This document shows positions 26,022-39,007 of a DNA stretch of 39,865 nt, in pieces (positions within the stretch are counted from its first letter, which is position 1; each line of letters begins with the position of its first letter). Under the pieces are notes generated by a model. That model did no database searches and had not been told where the DNA came from. It saw nothing but the letters and a program-made list of their open reading frames with translations. The position numbers were made by a program, and so were the translations under genes. The DNA comes from Seison nebaliae. Lineage: Eukaryota. The stretch is from assembly GCA_023231475.1 (NCBI GenBank), contig JALJEE010002520.1, forward strand, positions 1 to 39,865, written 5' to 3'.

Positions 26022-29000
26022 ATGAATTCCAACCGCAATTCACCATTAATCGATCTTAGTGACGATTCGATTGTTAACGATTCGGAGAACCGTCAAAATC
26101 ACTCGACTTCACTTAATACTGTTACTACAACAACAATCATTACGACAGCAACAATCATTACGACGACAACACCTTCAATCTCTTCGACCATTATTAAAGA
26201 GACGCTTACTACAACTACAGCAAATACGAATAACATTTGGTCAAACATGATTGGAGACGAGACATATTTCGTGAACGATGACAAAGAAATTCCAACGGAT
26301 GATGAACATGGTAAACGATTAGCTACTGACTCGAATAATGAATCTTTTCGTTCCGATAAGATATCGTTCGATTTGGAGAAACTGAATTTCACACCTCCGA
26401 TCGTTTCATCCGATGAATCGGATGAGCCTGTCCAAACAACTAAAAGAACGATTCATACCCTGGAAAATTTGACATCAACATCATCATCATCATCATCCTC
26501 CTCCTCATCGTCATCTTCGACATCTTCGATTTCAACATCACTATCAAAGAGATCGGTGGAGAAGTATAAGAATCGACCACTTAGTTCGCGTTTGGCGGGG
26601 AATGTTGATACGAGAAAGACGGCGTTAGATGCGATAGCGAGTGGTTATATGCAAGGAAAGAAGGTTACCATCATCTCTTCACATCGTTTAACATTAATCA
26701 ACATATTAACTTTATTTGTGTGTTTGGAGGAGATGATAAAAATTCATCCTGAATTTCTAATGTTCCTTAGAAACAACGAGTTCAAATTGAAGAATTTGAA
26801 ACTGTAAAAATTTTTATGAAAAGAAAACTTTTTTTTGTTGATGAATGAAGATAAATATAGACATAGACGTAGGGAAAGATATATGAAGAATTCGAATAAG
26901 TTTCATTAAATTTTTATGTTTATCGATTAGAATTTAATGATAATTGAATGATTCATAAAGAATTAATTTATGATTAATTCTACGACGTCTTGCAAAGAAT
27001 GAGTTGAATCATCAAAAGTTTCTCTTCTGTGAACATTATATAAAGATCTCTCCATTCAATGACGAATAATCATGTCTGTTTGTGATGGAGAGTTGAATAT
27101 TGAGAATGAAAGTGTCGTTATTTTATTCGAATTATATGCACATCAATTCCAGTGAATAATGTTGAGGAATGGAATAAAATACGGAAATATCTGTCTGAAA
27201 TAACTTAATGAATTGGTTGCACTAAAAGTGGAAACGTTAAAGGAAAATATTTGATCTGCCACCATTCCATGTGATGTGAGGGCATTTTAGTCAAGAAACT
27301 TTCATCAGGGGATTAGGCGCAAGCTGGTGGAATGTGTGGAAAGTGGAGAACTGCTATCAACAAGTGATGACTGGGCAGCAGATGTTTGGGAGAAATTTAA
27401 TGGAAGAAAGTTGGAGAACCATAAAAGAGAGATGACTGCTCGACATTTAGTGAGAAATGAATGAATGAATGAATGATAAGAAAGAATTTTTTTAAGAAGA
27501 AAGAATATGGAGGGGGAAAACTAGAATTTTTTCTCATTATCATTGAGATGAGTGTAAGATTATGATGGGGTTCTTGGGAAACCAACACCGAACTAAAATA
27601 TGGAACAGAACGTGAATAGGTTGATGTTGATGTCACTTCTATGTATAAATGATATTTAATGTGCTGATTGTTATTGTTTGTGTTTGTAGGGCACATGTAT
27701 GAGAGAAGGGAGAAGAGATGTATGTTTCAATTTGTCTTTAATTCTATTTATATTCACGAAGAGATATTCATGTAGGTGCATGTATCGCAATTTTGGTTTT
27801 CATATCATTTAATGTGTTCGCTCTACCATTTATTCAAATATAGTGAGATGAATTCGTTTGTGAATAATATTTAATGTTTATTCTCATTAGTTCTCAATAA
27901 ATTTATTGATCATATTCATATAAACACTTATTACACTCCAACATATTGTCTTTTGACATTCTTTCATCATTTCTCATAATATCGACAACAACTCGAACAA
28001 CCATCATCATAATCATGAATGATATAGTGAAATTTCAACATTATCATCCGCCCGTCCAATCATTATTGGTGAGAAATAGACTTATCTTCATTTCAATCAG
28101 TTCACCATGTAACTAGCGACGTAGCTGTGGCAGATATTAATATTATTCTATTTCATTCAACAAACACCGAGAGAGACTTAAGCATAATACCACTTTTCTA
28201 CCATTATTGATGGGGGGAACACGTACATGTAACATAACATTTCCCCTATTTCCCTTCAATTTAAAAAAAAAAGAAGGAAACCTGTGTGAGTGAAATATTT
28301 ATATAATTATCTCGAGACCTTGACAATGGTCTGCCTTATGTATTCGATTTGGCGTCCTCATTCTCAAATCATTTCAAATCATCATGAACTGACTCCAACA
28401 AAAAAAACGAAACAAACAATTATTCATAATCTCATTTTCTTCTGATCTCATTCTCATCACGAACTAGAGTGCCATCAAATGATTTTCAGTCAGATCATTT
28501 CTTCCAAAAACCTCATTTCTCCTTCCTCACAAGAAAGATTTAGAGAAGAAAGAATAATCGGAGAATCCCAACGTAACATTGACGGATGACGTAAAAGAAC
28601 TATTTAACGTCATTTATCGTTACCGTTACCCGAACGGTATTAGCTGTCAGTTCAAAAATTAATTGTAGAACGAATTAATTCCAATTGTGAGATGTGTGTG
28701 TGCATGTGTGTGTGTGTGTGTGTGTGTGTGAGTGTGTGAGAGTGAAGTGAAGTGAGTGAGATATATGATTGAGACAAAGTTCGTGTCATCCAGAAATTAG
28801 TTGGCGATAAATGATCAGAATAGAACTGACCCTTTGATTGATTTTCTGTTTTCTTTTTCTTTTCAATTTGAACTGCATCTTTTCGATTGACTTTCTGAAA
28901 TCCAATTCACTTCCCAACTTTCTTCCAAGACGTCGATCAATCTCAATTGATTATCGATTGTTATTAATTATAATCTCATTCTCTACATATTTGTTCATAT

Positions 29001-32000
29001 TTCGATGATATAATTGAAAGGAATTCTAAAATTTCCCCATTTCTCCTCTTTCTTCTTTAGAATGACGCCATCAATCTATTGAATATGGAAAGAAAAATCG
29101 ATGAGGCTGATGTTGTGCAACGAGCCATATTCGTTGCAAGCGACGATGGAATGCATGAGACTCTTCGAGAATTATTGAAGACGTTAAAAGAAGATATCGA
29201 TAGTGAGGGAACTCCAATTGCCCAAATTCAACAACTGATCAACCATCAGAATCGACATGGAGAAACGGCTTTAATGAGAGCGGCAGGTGGCGGTTATTTG
29301 GAATGTGTCCGAATAATATTTGAAGAATATTTCGCCGATCCATACATCGTCGACAATAACGGTAATAATGCCATGTATTGGGCAGCTCGTCAAAATCATG
29401 TGTCAGTTGTCGAATATTTATATCAGACATCTCGTCGTATTGATGGTAGGAATAAAGTTAGAGTACATAAACTTATATTGGAAATATTTGAATTATTTAA
29501 TTTTCTCACAGGATGGAGAAACGGCATTGCACGTCGCAACTCGTTATGGTCAAGCGGAAGTAGTTGAATATTTTTGTACATTAGCCGGTCCACTCACTCA
29601 ATCGACCGCGAAGATTGGTGATATAATCAACATTCCAGATAATTTGGGCAATACACCCCTCCATATTACTGCATTACATTCATTAATTAACATTTGTAAT
29701 ACTTTACTTTGTACACCATCATGTAATATCAACTTACAAAATAACGTTAAATTTCCATCCGATTCCTTTTTAATATGGTTTTATCTTTTTGAAGGATGGA
29801 GAAACGGCTTTGATGGTTGCAGTTGAACGTGGCAGTTTAGATATGGTTCGATCATTAGTGGAATGGAAAGCTAATTCAGATATCATTGATAAACGACAAT
29901 TTACTCCATTACATTTGGCATGTCAAAGGAAAGAGACAGCGATCGCTTTATGTTTAATTCATGGCGGTTGTGATTTGGATGCAATTAATAAAGTTTAATT
30001 TTTCTTAATATTCTTTTAAAGATAATGAATTAAATCGAAAGGATAAAGAATCAGCTTTACATATCGCATGTTGGAACGGTTTGTTGCCAGTAGTCCAAAC
30101 TATGTGTGCATTCGGCTGTTTAGTGGAAGTACCGAATAAGAATGACGATTATCCCATTCACATAGCAGCATTTGCTGGCCATATGGAAATTGTTCGATGT
30201 CTTTGTTTAGCCGGTTTGAATTTGGCACAAGTGAATAAAGCGGGAATGACTGCAGAACAAATTGCCCGAGCACAAACTCTTCCCCAACATAAAGAGGTTG
30301 CCGATCTACTCAATTCGTTAATGACAGTTTACACATGAATTTTCATTAAGAAATCATCAATAATTTTTTTCTTTCTTTCAATCCAAATTTATTTAGCAAC
30401 AAAATAAGACGATTTATATCGATCAATTGATTCCGTCTGATAAGCATTTGAATCGAATTAAACTAAAATTTTTCGGATCATCCGGTTCGGGCAAATCATC
30501 ACTTATCCAAACATTGCATAGTTCCATTTTTTCTTATGTGAGTAAATGGATCACAAAACCTTTACGACAATCTCAATCGACTAAAAAAGTTCCTTCCTTC
30601 TTTCTCTCTTCAAATTCCCTTCAATCTGATTTATTTATTTTATTAGAAAAAAAAATTGAGTCGGACGAATACAATTCAAGGAATTGGTGGTCGGAATGCT
30701 GATTTGAATGAAATCAGATGTCGAGGAAGTATTGGCGATCCATATGGAACGAGTGCATATGCATTTCATGATAGTGGATTATTTATGGGATCGACGGTAG
30801 AAAACCTGAATGGAGGATATCGAGGATCATTAGTTTTAACTTCATCAGGTAGTGTGCAACCAGCTCCACCCTTATTGACGGTGGATAAAGAGTTTTTTGT
30901 TAAAAATGAAAATTATACGAGAGGAATCCATATTCAACAAGTGCAACTTCAGGGCGGTGTACTTCCGTCGTCTGCTTTACCACAATCATCATCAGGAAGT
31001 GGAGGAAATAATATTAATCAATCGTCGGGTAACGTTAATGGAGGTAATGAGAAGAGTCGGAAGGATGTCAACAAATCATCGGATCAACATACTCAAAGTT
31101 TATATTCGGTTTGGGAATATTCGGGACATGCGCCATACCGAACGGTTTTCGACCATTTCATTGGAGATCATAATTGTATTCATGTCTTCACTTATTCGTT
31201 GAGTGACAGTGATGAGGAAGCTGTCAATCATTTAACATATTGGTTGGAGTTCGTACGTGAACGTATTCCACCACACGAACCACTTGGCGCTAATGGGAAA
31301 TCGGCAAATCCAATTCAGGCTTTACTCGTTGCTACACATCCGGATTGTGTGAAGAGCATGAAAGGAAAGACGCAGAATGAATCTGTTCAATTTCGATGTA
31401 AGAATATTGTTAATCGAATACGACGTTATTTCCAATATGAATTCGAGTTAATCGCAACACCAGCCGATGCTGGTTGTAAAGTGCGTACCAGCAGGAACGT
31501 CATCGACGAGACTTTATCTCAGAAATATTATGCTATAGATGTGCAAGGTTCATGGCCGAATGATCGTCGTGCAATCGTACAAACACTCGATCATTTGAAA
31601 GAGGAGATAGTTGACAAATTACCACCAAGTACACCATTTTTGGAAGCGGTTTGTCTTCAAATCGCCGGTTGGAGACGATCGAAAGCTTTGGGTAAATTCC
31701 CCGTTTTGACTTGGCCCCAATTCGTACAAGCGATACGTAACAGATCGAATTCGTTAGCATCAGATGAACATATGAGAGAATTGATTCAACAACTTCAATT
31801 GATGGGAGAAGTCCTCTATCTCGAAGGTGATCCAGCTCACGATTTAGTCTGCTTCAATCCCGATTGGCTTTGCCATACCGTTATCGGCCAATTATTAGTT
31901 GATGAGCGTCTATCTCCATCGAACAATTCAACTAAGCTATCGACAACTGGTGGAACGAGTGGTCAAACGAGACGATTAAACGGAAGACTTTCTGCCGACG

Positions 32001-33535
32001 ATATTCGTTTGACTCTCCCCCAAAACTTAGTGAGTTTAACACCTCCTTCACTCGAAGAAACGATGAAAATCATTTATGATAATAAAGTGTCAGGAACAGT
32101 TTTATTAGGATCGAATAAAAATGAAGAGATGAAAGAAAAAGAGACCGACGGAACGTCAAATGTCAACAGTGATTTGGAGAATACGACGGCCGGTCTCCTT
32201 CAAATTCTCACTGCATTAGACATATGTGTTCCGGCTGATAATCAATTGTTACAAGCAGCAACTCAACATCCATTTGCCGTTTATTCAAATCCTGATATTG
32301 AATATGATTTTCCTGCACTCAACACGATCGAGGAGGTACCAGGAATCTGGCCCAAACAACCATCATTTGGCAATCCGTCATCATACGTGTGTGGCGGTTT
32401 GCAAATACGTCCACATTTACCTGTCCTCCCTCCAATGATGAGAGACGTTGACGATCAATCAAACAAGCCGAGAAGTCGTGACTCTTTATCTGGAAGTATG
32501 TTGAAATTATCAGCAGATAAGATCGATATGGGAAAAGAATATGAGGCAAATATTTTATCTTGTCTCTTCTCCCGAATGCAATTGAGATTGAAACGATTGA
32601 TTGTGACTGATGAGTTCCGTTATAATCATAAAGTTGACGCCGAATTATTCATGTGGCGATATGGTGCCAAATTGGCGGTTGATGGTGTAGAGTGTCTGTT
32701 GTCGGTGGAGAGATCGACCGGATTTCTCGAAGTACGTCTTCGTGGACAGAAGAAATATAATGAAACTCTCTTCAACACATTACAAGACGTTGTACTGATT
32801 ATCGAACAGACATTATCCGAAAGTGTTCCCGCTTTATGTACTGAACAATATTGGGCATCTCCTGAAGCAATCGCTGCCGGTTATTGTCCACCCGAAGTGC
32901 CATTGCGGACATTACATCCCTCCCAATTACTTGAGATAGTTGCGGATCGTGAACAATTTCCCATCTCTCTTAATCATGCCATTCCTTATACGAGAACTCA
33001 CGAAGATTTAGTCGATATCATCTGTTTCGGTTGTATCGAAGCTTATTCTCTTATTCGACTTTGTATCATGTTACCTATCAATGGAGCATTGACTTTACCG
33101 GCCCGAAAAGAATTATGTAAATTATTGGACGCTTCCGATCCGATGGGTCGCGATTGGTGTATGTTAGCCGTAATGTTAGGCTTACAAGAAGTCATTCCAC
33201 AAGTGGAGGCGATCGGAAAGATTTATAAGAGAAGTGAAAAGAATGAGAAAGAAGACAACGGTGTACAAAGTCGAACGGATATCGTTATTGAAGAATGGTC
33301 CAGTTTTAATCGGAATGCCACGTTTGGTGAATTATTGAGGAAGATGAAGGAATTGGGACGAACTGATGTTCTCGAATCATTAATTGCAACCGTTCCCATT
33401 TATCGTCTAGTCGGCTATTCTCAATCAATCGCTGACGAAGACGATGAACGTAGCATCGATTCGAATGATATTCCCGAAAATACGATTTGCGACGCATCAA
33501 ACATTCTGACTGAGACTGACCAGAAACGATTTTAA
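26022..33535 (+). CDS. DAPK: DAPK1-type ankyrin repeats + ROC GTPase + COR + death domain with a Ser/Thr-rich N-terminal exon; exons 26022-26663, (27291-27383), 29061-29456, 29512-29745, 29795-29992, 30042-30326, 30397-30588, 30647-33535
   Basis: Ankyrin repeats (GETALMRAAGGG, NAMYWAARQNH, GETALHVA, GNTPLHI, FTPLHLAC); P-loop GSSGSGKSS; WEYSG; COR LQLMGEVLYL...PDWLC; death domain GRDWCMLAVMLGL; all junctions phase 0. The 5' exons are inferred. Confidence 0.88.
28693..28740. repeat. (TG)n microsatellite in a DAPK intron
   Basis: TG dinucleotide run. Confidence 0.9.
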
Positions 33536-33942
33536 ATAGGAAACATTGAGAATTCTTAAATTATTTATTGGATTTTACTTTATTCATTACCAGTTCTCTC
33601 CCTCTCTCTCTCTCTCTCTTTTCCATCATCATTTCATCCTTTCTCGCTACTATATTTTTAAAATTAAATTCCCTAAACTTTCAGAAATATCTAATTCAGA
33701 GACAAAATTCATGTTAATCAATTAATTTTCGATAATTTATTTAGTCGAATTTTTTTCTTTTAAATATTTCTCGTTTATAACAATTCATTCGTTTTACTCT
33801 CTCGAATTTTACTTCATTAATAATTCCAAATTAAAAATAAATATTTTTCAATTTTTCAACTGACTATAAAATGAGTAGAAACCGTAGCAATATCTCAATT
33901 TTTCCTTAACAATTATCAATAATTTCCTTTTTCAATTTAATA

Positions 33943-35261
33943 ATGAAATTTTTCATTTTCATTCTATTCTTTCTCATTCAAAGTTGCTTTTCTTTCCCCC
34001 CATCCACCTATGCCTATACTTCTTATCAATTCTTCCTAGGAATTTCTTGCTACACCATTCGCGACGTTATCACATCGAACGAAACTGACCTCAATGACAA
34101 TACACGATTCAACATATCCAATCTGGAAGAATGCAGCATGGAGAAGAATGGAAATCTTTCTAATGTCATCATTTGTTTTCGTATCACTGAATTGTTGGAC
34201 ATGGACCAATTGAATAATATAACGGATCAGATCTCTACCGAAGTCTTACGACGTGTCCTCTATATCATTTTGAGAGAAGTCTCATTTTTTTCTTTTTCTT
34301 TCATTCTACTTCATTTGTCGTGTAACTTAATTTGTTGTCAGATCGCGCGCAAAGTTATGAACTTCAACAACAAATACAATAAAATTATTGAACATTTCCA
34401 TTTGTTTTACACTTCCACCGTCCCCTCCAACTACACTTATACCTCCGACAAATACAATTTGGGTCAACTCATTCAACATGTCCTCCAAACGACCACGCTC
34501 CGATTAGAAGTGAGTAGTGATGGTCGGTATGAAACGTTATCTAAATTTGGGAAACGTGATCAATTGGAAGGGAAATCATCGGACAATACCATTCCACTAT
34601 TGAGGAGTACGTTGACATTGAACGGTAACCGAGTTCGACGACTGATTAAATCGGCAGGTTTCCCATTCTCCTTCTTCATATGAAATGGAATTAATTCTCT
34701 TTAGCTAAACCGAAGATTGGACGGATTCCAATATATATTTACATTATCGCAGGAATTATCTTTCTCATCATTTTCAGTCTGATGATATACACCATTTATT
34801 ATTGTGCCACAAGTAATAATGTAAAGAAGATGAAAGTAGAGGAAACTCGAACTACTACTCGTCGAACTAGAAAGAAGAACAATTCGATGAATAAAGGCCG
34901 ATCGAATAATGCGAAGATGTCTTATATTTATCATCCAATTCATTCGAATGATGGTTATTCTTCTTCTGAGAACGACCACATGTCGAAAAGTGATAATGAT
35001 TCAGGATTAGAATCCACTCCGCTGATGATCGAAATGAAAGAAACGGAAACTCACGGAACATTCTCACCAATTCCCGTCGGAAACGATTTCACTAATGGAA
35101 AATGGGGCGTTACTGCACCTCCAACTATGTATCCAGGAGAAGAGAAATTTCTTTTCAAGAATTCAAGAAATGTTCAAATTAGTCCGGTAGATATTGCTTT
35201 GAAACTGGATAAGCAGGAGAAGACGAACGAAGATAACAGTGTACATGAATCTGGAGAATGA
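33943..35261 (+). CDS. Uncharacterised single-pass type I membrane protein; exons 33943-34278, 34342-34657, 34705-35261
   Basis: Signal peptide MKFFIFILFFLIQSCFS; N-glycosylation sequons; TM IPIYIYIIAGIIFLIIFSLMIYTIYYCA after the phase-1 intron 34658-34704; basic juxtamembrane stretch. First intron (63 nt, in frame) is inferred. Confidence 0.75.
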
Positions 35262-35696
35262 GAGAAAGAAACGGCAATTAAAAGACGTTTTTGAATGACA
35301 ATCATATAATTTAATTCATTAATAAATAATATTCTATTCTTTCATCATCTTATCGAAACTGTGTTAACTCTCTTAAAAGTATTATCATTTAATTGTATAT
35401 CATTTCTAATACCAGAACAAAATGGAAATGATGGAAATGATGAAAAATTTGAATTGAAATGAAATTGAAGTGAAATTTTTGAATTTTCTGCTTTTCGATT
35501 ATCACCAAAGAAGTTCCTTGAAATTTTTACTCAAACTTCAAACGAAAAAAACTGTCGAACTGTAGATTGTTGAGAATTGAGGAGAAAGAAAATTGCGCTA
35601 AAAAAAAAAAGAAAGACTTACAAGATAAAAGAGCGCAAAACATACGACCTATCATATTAGTCAGTTTTTATTATTGAAGAATTGAGAAAAGAAGAA

Positions 35697-36902
35697 ATGT
35701 CGGAAATGGAAAAGAACGAAGATATGGTTCTAGTCAAGTACATGTTCGCCAACAAAGACAAACTATTGAGAGGTATCGAACTGAAGAATATCGTTCAATT
35801 TAACAAATGTTATAAAAGCAAAGAAGAATATTCATTTCCAATGTCGTTCAATTATTTGCGAGATGAAATTTTTGGTATTAGTGAGAAAACGGCAAAGAAG
35901 TTAGATAATCAATTAACATTTCTAGATTTGGAGTATAAGATGGAGAAGAAGAAGAATAAGATATTGAAATGTCTGCGGAAGTTCGAGAAGGAGGAGCAGA
36001 AGAAAATTGAAGATGTCTATTTCACGAAGATGAAGGAATTGATTATTGAACAATATCAGTTGAATTTGCCGGTTAAATATTTTTTCTTCATTACCCGTCT
36101 CATCATCATTCTCTTCCTTTAGAATAATAATGATGTCATCGAACAAAAAGATACGAATTTCCTTCAAAATATCGTCAACAGAGTTCCATCGAACGACGAA
36201 GATATCAAGTATGACAGTGCGTTAGCGAACTTGACATTGAGAGGAGCAAATATGGAGCCGATCAATATGTTGGAAGATTGTTTGGAGAACACGATGACAT
36301 ATGAACAATATGTCAAATTGGTCACATCGCCAACTGGAGAGAATGTAACTCCTGGTAAATTATCGAAGTTCTCTCGAAATAAATTATCGGCCAAATGTGA
36401 GAAGGTCGTTGAATTGGTTGAAGATAATCTCGGACGATCCACTCTCGATGTTCAGGAAGAAGTGAAATCTGTTCCAAATGATTCAGAATCGGATGATAAA
36501 AAATCAGAAAAATCAATAAAATCAGAGAAATCAGACGTAATCGATCTTCCTTCATTTTTCCCAAAAAAATCTTCAGTTATCAAAGAGGAAGATGAAAATA
36601 GTGAGAGCTCTTCTCCAGATTTGCGAAAGAAATGGGGAAATGTGAAAACGATTATTCGAAATGAAGAATGGTACAAAAGTCAAAAGGAATATACGAGAGT
36701 CACTGATCCGTGGAGTACACCAGAATACATTTCTAATTTTCCGTATGAAGATAAACCAAACGGAGATTGGGAAGGACGAAAACATTCCGACAATGCATTA
36801 AGCGAAGTCGATGAAGTTGAATATCCCAATTGCATAGTACCAGCACCGGAGCCTTATGATATCGATTCAGATATATTTTATGCCGCCCAATGTGGAGAAT
36901 AA
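35697..36902 (+). CDS. Uncharacterised protein with an N-terminal helix-hairpin-helix (Mus81/Pol X N-terminal-like) region; exons 35697-36071, 36123-36902
   Basis: Two ORFs joined by phase-0 intron GTTAAA..TTTAG; motif FNKCYKSKEEYSFPM...IFGISEKTAKKLDNQL. Confidence 0.65.
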
Positions 36903-37214
36903 ATAAAAGAATGTTTTATTAAATTTAATATAAAACAAAAGAAAAAAATTAAATAAAGTTTCTTAAAGTTCGTAAAAAAAAAATAAAATTTTTTCAAATT
37001 TGTTCAAACATAAGGAAGGGGGAAGTTATGGTAGCAAGTAGGAAGATCAGAGGATATCAGGTTGAGTTAATGGAAAGATGGAAAGCTTAAAAATGTTTAA
37101 TTTTTAATTTTATTGTTGTCACATACAGAAAGCACTTGTTGAGATTGTTGCTTTGACAATTTGATGTTTAAATAAATAAAAAAAAATTTGAATGAATGAA
37201 AGAAAGAAATTGTT

Positions 37215-38753
37215 TTAACGTTCCACTCCGAGATTCATGGCAACGAAATCAAACGTAAAAATTCCGACGATAGCAGCGGGAAGAATTTTAAAGAGATTTG
37301 CTTTCGATCCTAACCAGAAACCTCGGAAACCATGTTTCTGATAAATATTACTCATAATATCGATAATAGAATTCTTGTAGAAAAATGAACTTTGTTTTCT
37401 TGTTCGAATAACATAGAAAGGGAAGGCAACATACATGCCAAAAACGGCGGAGATGTTACCCAAAGCGAGAATGATGTGCATTGGTGGACGTTCATAATCG
37501 TTCACTAATTTCACATAAAATTCTCTTAATGTTTCATATGACCAAAAATCGACGGCAGCATAAGGAATCACACCTAAAGTGTTGATGGTATAACCACGAT
37601 AGAAATTACGAAATCCTCCATTCTTGTAAATTTCTTTAACAATTTCACGTACATCTCTCTTGTTGGCAAGAGCGAGACGTGTCTTAATCACTTCCAATGG
37701 ATAAATGGTAGTTTGAGCTAAAAAACCGGCAAATGCTCCAGCTCCCAATTTCATGGGATGACTCAAATGAGAATTCTGATTGATGTATGTCACATCGTTT
37801 TCTAATGGTGTCCATAAATAATCTTCGATCGATTGTTTCACCATTTCATAAGTGCCAAATTTGATAGCTGATTCTGGCATCATTTTTAAGACACTAATAA
37901 AATTTCCTCTCCATAATGATCGTAGACCAGCATCTTTTAATAATCGTCTTCCCGTTTGAACAATATTTCTCTCGCCATAAACTTGTTGGAAGATGCGAAT
38001 ACGATCTAATGGTGCCGTAATGGTTCGACTGGCAGCACCAGCCATCGCTCCCGCTACCATATAACGCCACCATGTTCCACCTTCTAATTCATCTTCAGTG
38101 AATTCTGTTGGCATTGATTGATCACGAGCAAAATCGACAAATACTGCTCGTTGCCATAATCCGAGAAGTGAATCGATCGATTCCGTATTCCATTGGAAAT
38201 ATCGATTCCATTCATCTAATGAGATTGTCGTCGTTTTCGACTTATCTAAATGAGCAATAAGATGTCGAACTTCATTCCTTTTTAAATTAATACCAATATT
38301 TTTAAATGCTTTTCGAATCTCTAATTCATTCAATTGACCGTCACCACTGATATCGAATCGATGGAACATCAATTCAATTTGTTGATGACGTGCAGCAATC
38401 TTCTTAATGAAATCAGACATATTAATCATATTGGCTGATTGGGATTCGATCAATAATCTCTTCCAAATCCTCTCCGCCCATTTCTTTTTAGACGACTCCA
38501 AATTCTTCGTATTAATCGATGGAATTCTTATGATTCCTCTCTCTATTCCATCCAATAATTCCTTCATATCAATTTTCCCATCTCCATTCTTATCCAATTC
38601 TTCAAAAATATTCTTCGCTTTCGCCTCATAATCAATCTGATAATTTATCGAATTTTCATCATCAATTTCATTATCATTCTCATTCACCAGATGATGATGA
38701 TGATGATGATAATGAGAATTGAAGAATTCTTTCAACTTCTCCACAATCATCAT
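37215..38753 (-). CDS. Calcium-binding mitochondrial ATP-Mg/Pi carrier (SCaMC, SLC25A23/24/25 family), intronless CDS, N-terminal His tract
   Basis: EF hands DKNGDGKIDMKE, DISGDGQLNELE; WWRYMVAGAMAGAASRTITAPLDR, LWRGN, PESAIKF, IYPLEVIKTRL, FYRGY, three carrier repeats. Confidence 0.95.
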   Translation of the reverse strand: MMIVEKLKEFFNSHYHHHHHHLVNENDNEIDDENSINYQIDYEAKAKNIFEELDKNGDGKIDMKELLDGIERGIIRIPSINTKNLESSKKKWAERIWKRLLIESQSANMINMSDFIKKIAARHQQIELMFHRFDISGDGQLNELEIRKAFKNIGINLKRNEVRHLIAHLDKSKTTTISLDEWNRYFQWNTESIDSLLGLWQRAVFVDFARDQSMPTEFTEDELEGGTWWRYMVAGAMAGAASRTITAPLDRIRIFQQVYGERNIVQTGRRLLKDAGLRSLWRGNFISVLKMMPESAIKFGTYEMVKQSIEDYLWTPLENDVTYINQNSHLSHPMKLGAGAFAGFLAQTTIYPLEVIKTRLALANKRDVREIVKEIYKNGGFRNFYRGYTINTLGVIPYAAVDFWSYETLREFYVKLVNDYERPPMHIILALGNISAVFGMYVAFPFYVIRTRKQSSFFYKNSIIDIMSNIYQKHGFRGFWLGSKANLFKILPAAIVGIFTFDFVAMNLGVER

Positions 38754-39007
38754 TTTTAATCTGTTTTAAAACTTAATTCTCATTGAATTGAATGTGAAGA
38801 AAATTTTATTGAAGAAAAAAATGTTGAATGATGAAAAATGATGGTTTTTACTGGGAAAAAGAAAAATTTTTGCGATTAAAAAAAAAGAAAAATTTTTGCG
38901 ATTAAAAAAACCGAAAAGATTTATAAAAGGAACAGATAAATTTGAAATAATCAAATAAATTCTTTTAATCGTTAATTATTCCTAATGTTCTAATTTGATG
39001 GGAATTT

